Positions 46,813 through 56,300 of a DNA stretch of 64,000 bases are shown here, one piece after another. Source of the DNA: a virus (Duplodnaviria; Caudoviricetes); the IMG/VR virus record IMGVR_UViG_3300008259_002957. One strand, given 5' to 3'. The notes beneath the pieces were generated by a model. The model searched no databases and had not been told where the DNA came from. It saw only the letters and a program-made list of their open reading frames with translations. Positions within the stretch are counted from its first letter, which is position 1. Each line of letters begins with the position of its first letter. The position numbers and the translations under genes were made by a program.

Positions 46813-49800
46813 TTAACAAGTTAAATGTTGTTTGGTTTGTGGTTAGGTCGCCGCCTTGTACTTCAAGGTCACCACTTAGTACAACACTGGCATTTCTAAT
46901 AGTTGCAGTACCAGTGGTTGCACCGATTGTAAGTGCTGTTGCTGCACCTGCAAAGTTTGCAGTTGTTGCAGTAGTGTTAACAACGTTTACTGTTGTTGCG
47001 CTAGTGCTTAGTGTGCCAGCAACACCCACTTCGCCAGTGAATGTTGATTTACCACTGGTGTCAATTGTTAGTCTAGTTGCAGAAGTATGCTTAAAATCAC
47101 TGCTTGTACTGCTAGTACCAGTCTTAACAACAAAGTCGCCGCCGACGGCATTACCAGTTCCTAGTCCAGGCTGAACAATAATGTCGCCGCCTGCAACGTT
47201 TGTTCCAATACCATCTTCTCCTCTTAGAGTTGCATCTACTGGGGCTGCACTGCCTTCGGCACTACCAAAGATCACTCTACGATTTCTAATAACCATGGTG
47301 TTGTCTTTGGTAATAGTACCCGACTTTGGAGTTGCTGGGTTAGCAGTTACGTTGGCATCAGTTTGAATTGTAAACGATGTTGCATTCGCAGTTGCACCGA
47401 TCACTGGCCAACTACCATCTAGGTTAGTTACAGTACTGCTAGCAATATTAACAGTGTCGCCTGCACGAATGCCCAATGCAAGAGGTGTATAAGTAAATGT
47501 TAGAGTTGTACCGCTGGTTATTGTACCGGTTGTAACATTACTAAAATAAATGTATTCATCAGTTACGCCACTAACAGTTGTGTTTACAGGAATAGAGCCG
47601 CTTCCAGTCACAATCATACCAGCAATTATGCCGCTGGTGTTGGCCATTGGTACTTCTTTGCCGCCAGTTAGTACTCCGCTGTTTGTTAGTTTAGTAAAGG
47701 ATTCTAGGTTAACTACTACGTTTTGACTGATTGTTGCATTGTAATTTGCAACAAAAGAAGTAATGCTTCTTGTGCTTGTACTCTTACCAATTTTTACATT
47801 TTCGGCATCACTGCCAAGTTCTAGTGTGGTAACATTAGCATTATAAATTTGCCCTGTGCCAGTACTCAGCGATGCTAGTGTTGCACTGCCTACATCAAGT
47901 CCTTCAGAGATATCAAGAGCATTAACCCACTCCGGTGCAGTACCGCTCGACCTTAGAATATTTTTGTTTCTACCGATGTTTAGTGTGTTCAGTGTACCAG
48001 ACGATGTTGCAAAAAGCATATCGCCAACTGCGTAAGTAGTTAAGTTTGTACCACCTCTTGAAACCGGTACAGCACTAGTTAAGTTTGCTGGGTTTAAGAA
48101 ATAAGAACTATCAAGACCATCTAGTGTTCCTGCATCAACAACTCCGTCTTTGATAAACACCTGTCCTGTGCCGCTGCTATCAACATCAAATTGTGTTTGT
48201 AAGAATCTTACAACACCTAGTGTAGAATAAGTTTGTCCTACATCTAAATTAACATTGGAGATTCCAATGTTTACTGGATCTCCGTAAAATTCTCCAGCAA
48301 CATTTGAACCGGTAAGTGTTATCGGATTGTCTGTGGTATTTGCTTTTTTAATAGATTGAACAACAGTTTGATAACTGCTATCGCCTCTTAGGAATGTGTC
48401 GGTGTTTGCAGTACCGCTCGACGCAAGTCTTGTTGGCGAAACTGTACCAGAAATGATATTGCTTGCGTCAATGTTTGTTACTGCAAGACTGTTCCAGTTT
48501 GTTTTTTCGCTTGAGCTTGTGTTTACTACACTGCTAACTCGAACATTGTTTGCAATAAAATCTGCAGAACCAGATCCTGTAGCAGTTATGTTTCTTGCAC
48601 TAGTAACAAGACCATTGATGCTGCTTAATGCATTCGAACGTAGGTCGTGCAGAGTGAACGAGTTAGTAGTTACAGATCCAACAAAGAATCTACTTCCACT
48701 TGTTACTACATCACTGTTGATTTCAAAGAGTGTGCTTCCTACAACTCTAACAGCATCTCCAGTGACTAGACCGTGTGCAGGCACAATTACACTGTTGTCA
48801 GTTATGTTAACTTGAAATCTTGTAAGATTGTGATTGTTGTTTGCTGGTGTACTTAGGAAAGATACCTTACTTAGTAAAGAATAGTCATTGTATAATTCAA
48901 TGATGTTATCGCTAATACGTTTAGCATAATAAACACTACCGTTTAGCAGGCCGCCGATTGCAACGTTGCTGAGTGTGTCGTATGTTACTGGATTGCCTGA
49001 AGTAAGTCCGTGTGCAGTGATTGTAATTCTGCTGGTAGCATAGTCAACGTTACCCCCAGAACCGATGTCACCTGCTAAGAAGTTATTGCTAATTGTATCG
49101 GTTAATGTTACAGTAATTTTACTTGTAATTGCAGTATTGTCTTCAACAAAGTCAACTGATGACGGAGATGCAACAAACAATTCGCCGCCAAGAATGTTAA
49201 CATATGCTCTATTTTCTATTGCACTTACATCAATAACAAAACTACTTCCAGTGCTAGTACCATCAGTAAGATCGGTACTGTCGATAGTTAACATGTCGCC
49301 AACAGAGTAACCAATACCGCCTCTGCGTATGTCAACGTCGGTAACTGCACCAGCGGTTACAGTAACATCTGCAATGGCACCCGATCCTGTACCAGTTAAA
49401 CTAATCAGTGGTATAAATTCATAAACCTGTGTTCCAAGTGCAGGAACATATCCGCTGCCTCCTGTGATGTTTGCATTGTCTACGTTGGTTAAAACACCAT
49501 AACGTGTTTCAGTAACAGCACCTTGTGCGTTTCCATCTGCACTTGTTACAATAGTTCTTACAGTACCAGTTACCGAAGTTGTAGTTACAGTTGAACCAGT
49601 GTTTGCAATTGTAAAACTAGTTCCGGTTGGAGCAGAAATTACAATTCCGTTTATGTTAAAGGTAGTATCGTCGTTGCAAAGAATTTGAACAGTATTACCG
49701 GCATTTAAGTTATGATTAGTTGTTGTAACAATAGTTGCAACGTTAGTACTTCTAGCAACAGTAGAAATACTTGCGGTTGTGAATGTATAAGTTTCGTCCG

Positions 49801-52800
49801 GATCAAGAATCAAGAACTGACTAGTATTACTACTTTTTAAGAAGAAGTTGTCAGTGATAGCACTGCTTGATCCTAGCACAGTTGGCGCTTGTCCTGTGCT
49901 TACTCCGTTAACACTAATAACATTTGTTGTGTCAAAATCAGTTCCAGTTGAGTCATCGCCTGCTTTAAATTCTCTATCAACACTTGCAACTAGTACGTTA
50001 AGACTTAAACTATAGGAACCTTTTGCATAACCTCTAGCACCAGTTACTGCTTGTTGGATTAAATCACCGTCGGCGGCAGTAACACCTGAAGCAAAGGTTA
50101 ATTCAATCTGTTCATATTCTTCAGTAGCAATGTCACCTGCTTTTAAATCGACTGCTGGTATTTCGTCAATTTGTCCAAGTCTTGACAGATAACCATCCGT
50201 TGTGGTGTTTGTAAACTGACGTGTTGCAGGAATTAATTCAGCGTTTAACTGCCCGTTTGTGTTAAGTTGAACAATTGCGCCTGGTACAGCCGCAGTACTA
50301 ACAGTTTTGTCAATAAACCCGCCTAGTCTGTTGCTTAGGAAACTTCTTATAGCAAGTTGTGTTGTTAATCTATTATTAGTTGGGCCACCGATTTCGTCGT
50401 CGCCTAGATTGACACTTTGAGAAATTTCTTCGATAACAATATCAGAAAATGCAAGACGTAGTACATCGAGTTCGTCTACTGTAACTTTGTTGCGGAATGT
50501 AATGTTACCAGTTCTGTTAAAGGCTGTAATAAAATTACCAACTTTAAAGTCACCAAGTTCGTTAGTACCCGATGAGTAAACTCTTCCAGGTAATTCCGAA
50601 AACTGTTCATATTCGACTCTTGTGTTACCACCGTTCTGCGGCAGTGCGTTATAGTCTGTACCAGAACCTGCGTATTCCCAAGTATGTCCAGAACTGTTAA
50701 CAATACTTGGTCTGTGGAACCAAACTTGCTTTTCAAGTAGGTTAACTAGATTTGTTAATGCAGCACCGTCAACTGTTCCTGTTATTGAAAATGTTGAAGT
50801 ACCGAGCCCAGTTCTCGCAGCAACTTCGTTAACAGTAATACTAGTATTTGGAACATCTGCGTGATCGCTTGTGATTATACTGGTATTGTTAAACTGTACT
50901 CTTTGTGTAGATGATCCTACTGCAACTAGTTCTACAGAAACAACCAGTCTTCTCTCAGTTGGCTCCCAACTATAAACAAATGCACTGTTGTTGTTTGCAC
51001 CAGTAGTACCAACAATAGCACGTCCTGGAACAAACTCATAACTTTCAGCACCTGATTCAAGTATCAGTGTTTGATAAGTTTGGTGACTGCTTATAATTTC
51101 ATTTACAAAAAATTCTTGTACGTTACTTAGAATTTTATGAGTGCCTGTACTAGTAGCAATAACATCTACGTTAAAGTCGAGACTTTCGTCAAAGGCTAAA
51201 GTAAATTCGTCGTTATTAACAATCTTAACATAATAAGTTTGTTCAGCATCTAGTCCTCGTATAGGTGAATTACCGTTGGGATCATAGATGACTTTTTGAG
51301 CATTACTAAAACCGTGCCCAAGTATTGTAAAGATATTAGTTGTTGCATTAACATCTGCCGCAGCATCAAATTCAGTAGCAGTAGGAGCAGGTTTGAAACT
51401 ATTTGTAACGTCGCCTTCGGAACTTACTTCGGTTGGGTTCGGAGCGTTGTCAGGATTGCCAATAATATCTTTTACAATATCAAACTTTTCGTCGACAAAC
51501 GATCTTACAGTACTATCAAGATCTGAAATATATGTAGCAGCATATACACTTGCCTGTTCAATTGCTGCAATAGTTTGATCTTCTTGGCCACTGATTAGGA
51601 TCGCCGAACTGTCTTGAAGATTTTTATTATAGTATGCAAGACCAACACTTCTTGTATATCTGTTACCAGTATCCCATGTGTCTTTAGCGACTGCTTCAAC
51701 AATTAATAGTGTATCTCTATAGCACTTTGACTCATTATATGTAAATCCATCCCACAAACTTCCAGGTGTTGCTCCTGCAATTTGAGCATTGATCCAGTCA
51801 ACTGTATCCTGAGCAATAGCTATTTTATTTTCGATTAGTCTATCATGAGCTAATCTATATTCAGGATCACGGAATTTAATAATATATTGTTCAACAGGGG
51901 ACTCTCTATTAATACCTACGATAGTTAATGTTTGTTGTCCTTCACTAACGCCAGTACCTACTACAAATGCACGATCGAACAAGAACGCTTTTGGAGAGAA
52001 ACCAGAAGCACGTAGAGCATAAAGACCAAAGTTAGTAGCACTGTTGGTGATAGAGCAATAACCCCCTGACTGACAATAAACACCGTTAAGCAAGAAGATT
52101 TGGAAGCAACTAACCAACTGAGCATAAGCATCATTTGTTAAACGCCAACCAGTACCACCAAAACTAATGTGAGTATATGCGTTGGCAACCATTGATTTAC
52201 CTTGTTCAGGTGTTGCACCGATTACAGGATTTTCTGCCTCGATTGAAATTACCGGAACGTTTGGTGAGTTAACTTTAGTACCATCAATTTTAGCGCCATT
52301 CATTCCCAAGAACGAAATAATAGAGCAGTTCTGAATGTATGGTGATGTTGTGATAGTTGGCTTTGTGGTTGGTAGATTAGTATATCCTACACGACTTGTA
52401 AAGATATCATCTGGGTCATCAAATGCTACAGCATAGTCGGCTGTTATTAGAGGAACAAAGTTTACATCAACGCCGTCGCGGAAAGTAAATTCACCAAAAT
52501 AACATGCGTTACGAACACGTAGAATATCTTGGTTAGCATTTGCAGGACGAATAATACATCCTCTTAAACCGTCACCTTTGATAACAACGTTATCAGGAAC
52601 GATAATAGGGTTTTGTTCGGTATAGTCGCCAACTGCAACTTTAACGTTAATTCTAGTGCCGTTTGGTGTACCATCTACATTGTAAACCAATGCAGAAGCA
52701 AGTTGGCAGGCACGCTTAACTGTTTTAACAGGAGCACTTTGTCCATTGTTTACGTCGTCTCCCTGCTCAGAACTAACATAAATTGTATTACCGCCAAATG

Positions 52801-53269
52801 TATCAGCATCGGAAAATTCTAACTGTCCTAAGCCGTTGGTTTTAATAACCTGACCAACAGTACCGTTGTTAAATGGAAGTTTTAATGTATAACTGTTTGG
52901 TAGGTTGTCTGGTGCTTTAAGTGTAATACCGTCGTCGCCTGAAGCAGTTAGTTCTCTAAATGTAATACCAGTTGCATTCTCCATGTCAACGTCTTCGTAA
53001 ACGTTGATAGTAGAATCAGTGATGATCATTTTGTCGGAGCCATCAACATTAGCAGTAATTGTACCTTGACTGTCGCCAGGATCGTTTACTTCAACTCTTG
53101 TATTGTTTTCAAAGATTTTTTGTGTAAGATCTTGTACTGTGTTGTCATCTTTTAGCAAAAACACTTTGCCGTCTGCTGTGTTAAGTGCTAATTCACCCGA
53201 CTCTATTTGAGAAACAATTGGCTTTTTGCCAGGAACAGAACTACGCTTATGTTTGATTTTAGTTGCCAT
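46754..53269 (-). CDS. giant tail fibre/virion protein, N-terminal part (Mtd-N-like start, pectin-lyase-like beta-helix, one phycobiliprotein-like domain, FCCH-like beta repeats)
   Basis: KIKHKRSS..GELALNTADGK; IYVSSEQGDD...GDYTE..PI..P.N..I.GD.LR; HG.....V.Y repeats; the end truncates mid-repeat. Confidence 0.85.
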   Translation of the reverse strand: MATKIKHKRSSVPGKKPIVSQIESGELALNTADGKVFLLKDDNTVQDLTQKIFENNTRVEVNDPGDSQGTITANVDGSDKMIITDSTINVYEDVDMENATGITFRELTASGDDGITLKAPDNLPNSYTLKLPFNNGTVGQVIKTNGLGQLEFSDADTFGGNTIYVSSEQGDDVNNGQSAPVKTVKRACQLASALVYNVDGTPNGTRINVKVAVGDYTEQNPIIVPDNVVIKGDGLRGCIIRPANANQDILRVRNACYFGEFTFRDGVDVNFVPLITADYAVAFDDPDDIFTSRVGYTNLPTTKPTITTSPYIQNCSIISFLGMNGAKIDGTKVNSPNVPVISIEAENPVIGATPEQGKSMVANAYTHISFGGTGWRLTNDAYAQLVSCFQIFLLNGVYCQSGGYCSITNSATNFGLYALRASGFSPKAFLFDRAFVVGTGVSEGQQTLTIVGINRESPVEQYIIKFRDPEYRLAHDRLIENKIAIAQDTVDWINAQIAGATPGSLWDGFTYNESKCYRDTLLIVEAVAKDTWDTGNRYTRSVGLAYYNKNLQDSSAILISGQEDQTIAAIEQASVYAATYISDLDSTVRSFVDEKFDIVKDIIGNPDNAPNPTEVSSEGDVTNSFKPAPTATEFDAAADVNATTNIFTILGHGFSNAQKVIYDPNGNSPIRGLDAEQTYYVKIVNNDEFTLAFDESLDFNVDVIATSTGTHKILSNVQEFFVNEIISSHQTYQTLILESGAESYEFVPGRAIVGTTGANNNSAFVYSWEPTERRLVVSVELVAVGSSTQRVQFNNTSIITSDHADVPNTSITVNEVAARTGLGTSTFSITGTVDGAALTNLVNLLEKQVWFHRPSIVNSSGHTWEYAGSGTDYNALPQNGGNTRVEYEQFSELPGRVYSSGTNELGDFKVGNFITAFNRTGNITFRNKVTVDELDVLRLAFSDIVIEEISQSVNLGDDEIGGPTNNRLTTQLAIRSFLSNRLGGFIDKTVSTAAVPGAIVQLNTNGQLNAELIPATRQFTNTTTDGYLSRLGQIDEIPAVDLKAGDIATEEYEQIELTFASGVTAADGDLIQQAVTGARGYAKGSYSLSLNVLVASVDREFKAGDDSTGTDFDTTNVISVNGVSTGQAPTVLGSSSAITDNFFLKSSNTSQFLILDPDETYTFTTASISTVARSTNVATIVTTTNHNLNAGNTVQILCNDDTTFNINGIVISAPTGTSFTIANTGSTVTTTSVTGTVRTIVTSADGNAQGAVTETRYGVLTNVDNANITGGSGYVPALGTQVYEFIPLISLTGTGSGAIADVTVTAGAVTDVDIRRGGIGYSVGDMLTIDSTDLTDGTSTGSSFVIDVSAIENRAYVNILGGELFVASPSSVDFVEDNTAITSKITVTLTDTISNNFLAGDIGSGGNVDYATSRITITAHGLTSGNPVTYDTLSNVAIGGLLNGSVYYAKRISDNIIELYNDYSLLSKVSFLSTPANNNHNLTRFQVNITDNSVIVPAHGLVTGDAVRVVGSTLFEINSDVVTSGSRFFVGSVTTNSFTLHDLRSNALSSINGLVTSARNITATGSGSADFIANNVRVSSVVNTSSSEKTNWNSLAVTNIDASNIISGTVSPTRLASSGTANTDTFLRGDSSYQTVVQSIKKANTTDNPITLTGSNVAGEFYGDPVNIGISNVNLDVGQTYSTLGVVRFLQTQFDVDSSGTGQVFIKDGVVDAGTLDGLDSSYFLNPANLTSAVPVSRGGTNLTTYAVGDMLFATSSGTLNTLNIGRNKNILRSSGTAPEWVNALDISEGLDVGSATLASLSTGTGQIYNANVTTLELGSDAENVKIGKSTSTRSITSFVANYNATISQNVVVNLESFTKLTNSGVLTGGKEVPMANTSGIIAGMIVTGSGSIPVNTTVSGVTDEYIYFSNVTTGTITSGTTLTFTYTPLALGIRAGDTVNIASSTVTNLDGSWPVIGATANATSFTIQTDANVTANPATPKSGTITKDNTMVIRNRRVIFGSAEGSAAPVDATLRGEDGIGTNVAGGDIIVQPGLGTGNAVGGDFVVKTGTSSTSSDFKHTSATRLTIDTSGKSTFTGEVGVAGTLSTSATTVNVVNTTATTANFAGAATALTIGATTGTATIRNASVVLSGDLEVQGGDLTTNQTTFNLLNATATTVNTFGAATAYHNC

Positions 53270-53377
53270 TACGGCTGTCTCCTATTTAGGTACGGGTCAG
53301 GACCGACGGTCGCCCAGAGTTAAATGATAGTAATCATTGTTAAATTTATTTATCAAAGAGAATACGGTGGCAGCGTT

Positions 53378-56300
53378 TTAGAAACTGCCACCGTCTATTG
53401 TATCTGTCCAAATTGGAGTTGCATCTACATCACTGGTTACAGTTAATATTTGATAAGAAGTTGTAGCATCACTGGTACCTGCTGCGTCAGTTACTTGTAA
53501 CGGATCTGTGCCGTCGCCATAAACGATACCGTTGATGGTAAATGTACTTGCACCAGTGCCACCGTATTGAACTTCTAGGTTAATGTTTGTTAGTATCAAC
53601 GATCCGTCTACTGTTACGTTACCGTTAACTGTTCCGCCGGTTATTTTATTAAGATATCTGTTTTCAACATAATTTACAACTGCATTTTGTGTTGGAACAG
53701 TATCACTTGCTGCAACACCTGTACTGGCTATAAGATCAGTACTGTCACTAACTTCATTTAGAGTAACTCCAACCGGAATACCGTCTCTTTGGAATGGTCC
53801 AAGACTAGAAATACCTGATAAGTTAAGTTGGTTAGCATTTAGTGTAATAGCGCCAGTAAGAGCGTTAACATTAAAGTAATTACCTACTTCAAAGTTACCA
53901 ATTTGGTCAGAACTTGTCCAGAAAACTTTACCTGTATTAGTTTCAACAACTTGGTTTGCTTGTATTGGTGTGCCACCAAAGAATGGTAAAGCGTTATAGG
54001 TAATACCCGCACCTACATATTCAAACGCATGTCCTGCTGTCGAAATAGTGCTTACATTTTGCAAACTAGCAAGAGTATTTTCGAGTACAAAAACTACACC
54101 CGGGAATAATGATAGAATAGAAACGCCGCCGTATTCTAAGTTAAGATCAAAAATTGCTTCATCTTCGATGTTGTCTAAGTCTGCAAGTATCGTTATTCGT
54201 CTGTTGTTTAGATCTCCAGAATTTAATGTTTCGTAAGAATGACCTATTTCAGTTGGTAATGCTGCACCACCTATAACATCTGCAATTTTATTAATTAATA
54301 TTGACAATGTGTTGGCTGCATTTGTGCTGCCGCCAGGAGTAATAAGTGTTTGTGTAAGTGTAACACCTTCGCTAGGTGTAATTGCAATGTTTCTAGAAAC
54401 ATTGCTCATTACACTTGCTAGATGTTTATATGAAAACTCAGTTATATCTTCTTGACCTACAATAACAGCATTGCTATAATATGCTTCCATTGCACGTCTA
54501 GTTTGTAGATTTCCGCCATACATCATGTCGTATACTGCGGCATCAATAATATAACCAGTGTCTCTTTCACACTTTTCGATGTTATACGAAAATCCAATAA
54601 TGTTATTTGTAATATAATCAATTACCGACTGTTGTATGGTTTCGCTGCCGGTAAGCATGTTCGATGCAATTATTGTAATAGCAGAAGTAATCCAACTATA
54701 GTCAGGATCATCGTTTTGTGGAGTTGTTACAAGTCCACCGGTGATAGCATTAATTACAATATTAAATAGATCTGCTGATTCAGCACTTTCAGTTGATGTA
54801 CCAAATCCTGGAGTTAAAATCTGACTTTCTGGGTTGCCCGGAGTTTTAATAACTGCGGCACCTTCTATAACATCTGTTGCTACATCTCTTAATCTTTCGA
54901 GTGCATCAACAGTTTCAGTTTCTTGTCCAAGAATAGTAGAAGCACCATCATCAAAATATGCTCTAGCAGAAATTAGTGTACTTCTGTTACCACCGTATAA
55001 TAAATCGTGTGTTACACCGTCAATTATATAACCAGCATCTCTTCGGCACTTATCTTCGTCATACGATAACGAAGGATAATTTACATTAGTAAATGCTATT
55101 GTTTCTTCAACCAAGAACGTTCTGTTGTCTTGTAGTTGTCTTGCAGCGTCAATTCTTGCTTGACTTGCTGTTCCTGGTGCAGGAAATGTCATTCCTTCGC
55201 TAGGTAATACATCGTATTCAACAATGTTAAGAAGTGCATCCATGCTATCTCTAACTCTTGTTAGTGCAGTTGTGTTTGTTGCTGCAAAAGTTTCAAGTTC
55301 TGATTTTAGGAATCTCAATGCTAGTATTGTTGCCGGTAATTGTTCTGCATCTACTACACTAGCAGTTGCTCTTCTATATGCATTACCTGCAACAATTCCG
55401 TTGTGATTCGTTCCAAGACGCATGTCTCTTGCAACTGCATCAACAATTAATCCAACGTCACGTTTGCATTTTTCTCTATCGTATGTAAAGGATGGGTAAT
55501 TTGTTAATATGTAGGCAGTGACGTTTGTAGCAAAAGTATTTCTTTGTGCAAATATTGCATTAGCAGCACTTTGTATTGTACTAGCAGCCCATACGTAACT
55601 GGGGTATTCGATTTCAACTAGATTTGCAGTTGACCCATCTTCTAATACTTCGATAATATATCCAATTAATGTTGTTGCAGTGTCACCTTCAACACTGGTA
55701 CCATTGCCGCTGGAAAAGTCCTGTGATTCTGTGTTACCTGTTGTAACACTTACTGCAATACCTTGCACAACACTCAATACTACGTTTTGTAGACGTTGAT
55801 AAGCAGAAACTGTTGCTGTAGTTTCGCCAGCGCCTAATTGATTAATTGTTCCTACAAAATATGCGTCTGCGCTGGTTCTTGTTCCACTGTTACCACCGTA
55901 CAATATGTCATATGATAATGCGTCTACTATGTAACCAACATCTCTTGCACAACGATCAATATCATATACTAGTGTCGGAAATTCTTCAGCAATATATGCA
56001 ATAATTTCTGCAATAATAAATGCTCTGTTGGCTCTTAATTGATCTTTTGCATTTGTTCTTGATACTAATCCGCCGGTAGGCGAAGCAAACACAAGATCGT
56101 CTGCACTAGTACTATCACCCTGTTCGATAATCTCAAGTATTTCGTCCATTGCAGCATTTGCTCGAGAAAGAGCAGTAGCAACAGTATTGACAGCACTTAG
56201 TCCTGCAATCTGACTCTTTAAGTAAGTGAAACTGTCTAATGTTTGTGTTTTTTGTTTTAATTCAACATTTGCAGCATTTGCACGTAGATAGGCTTTTCCA

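Noticed and set aside
46754-53269. Diversity-generating retroelement suggested by the Mtd-N-like fibre N-terminus
   Set aside because: No reverse transcriptase, no template/variable repeat pair differing at adenines, and no C-type lectin terminus seen in the window.
53283-53289. CTAAATA motif adjacent to the fibre RBS as a late promoter
   Set aside because: Transcription would start inside the Shine-Dalgarno sequence, and a better motif exists at 53347-53353; probably chance in AT-rich DNA.
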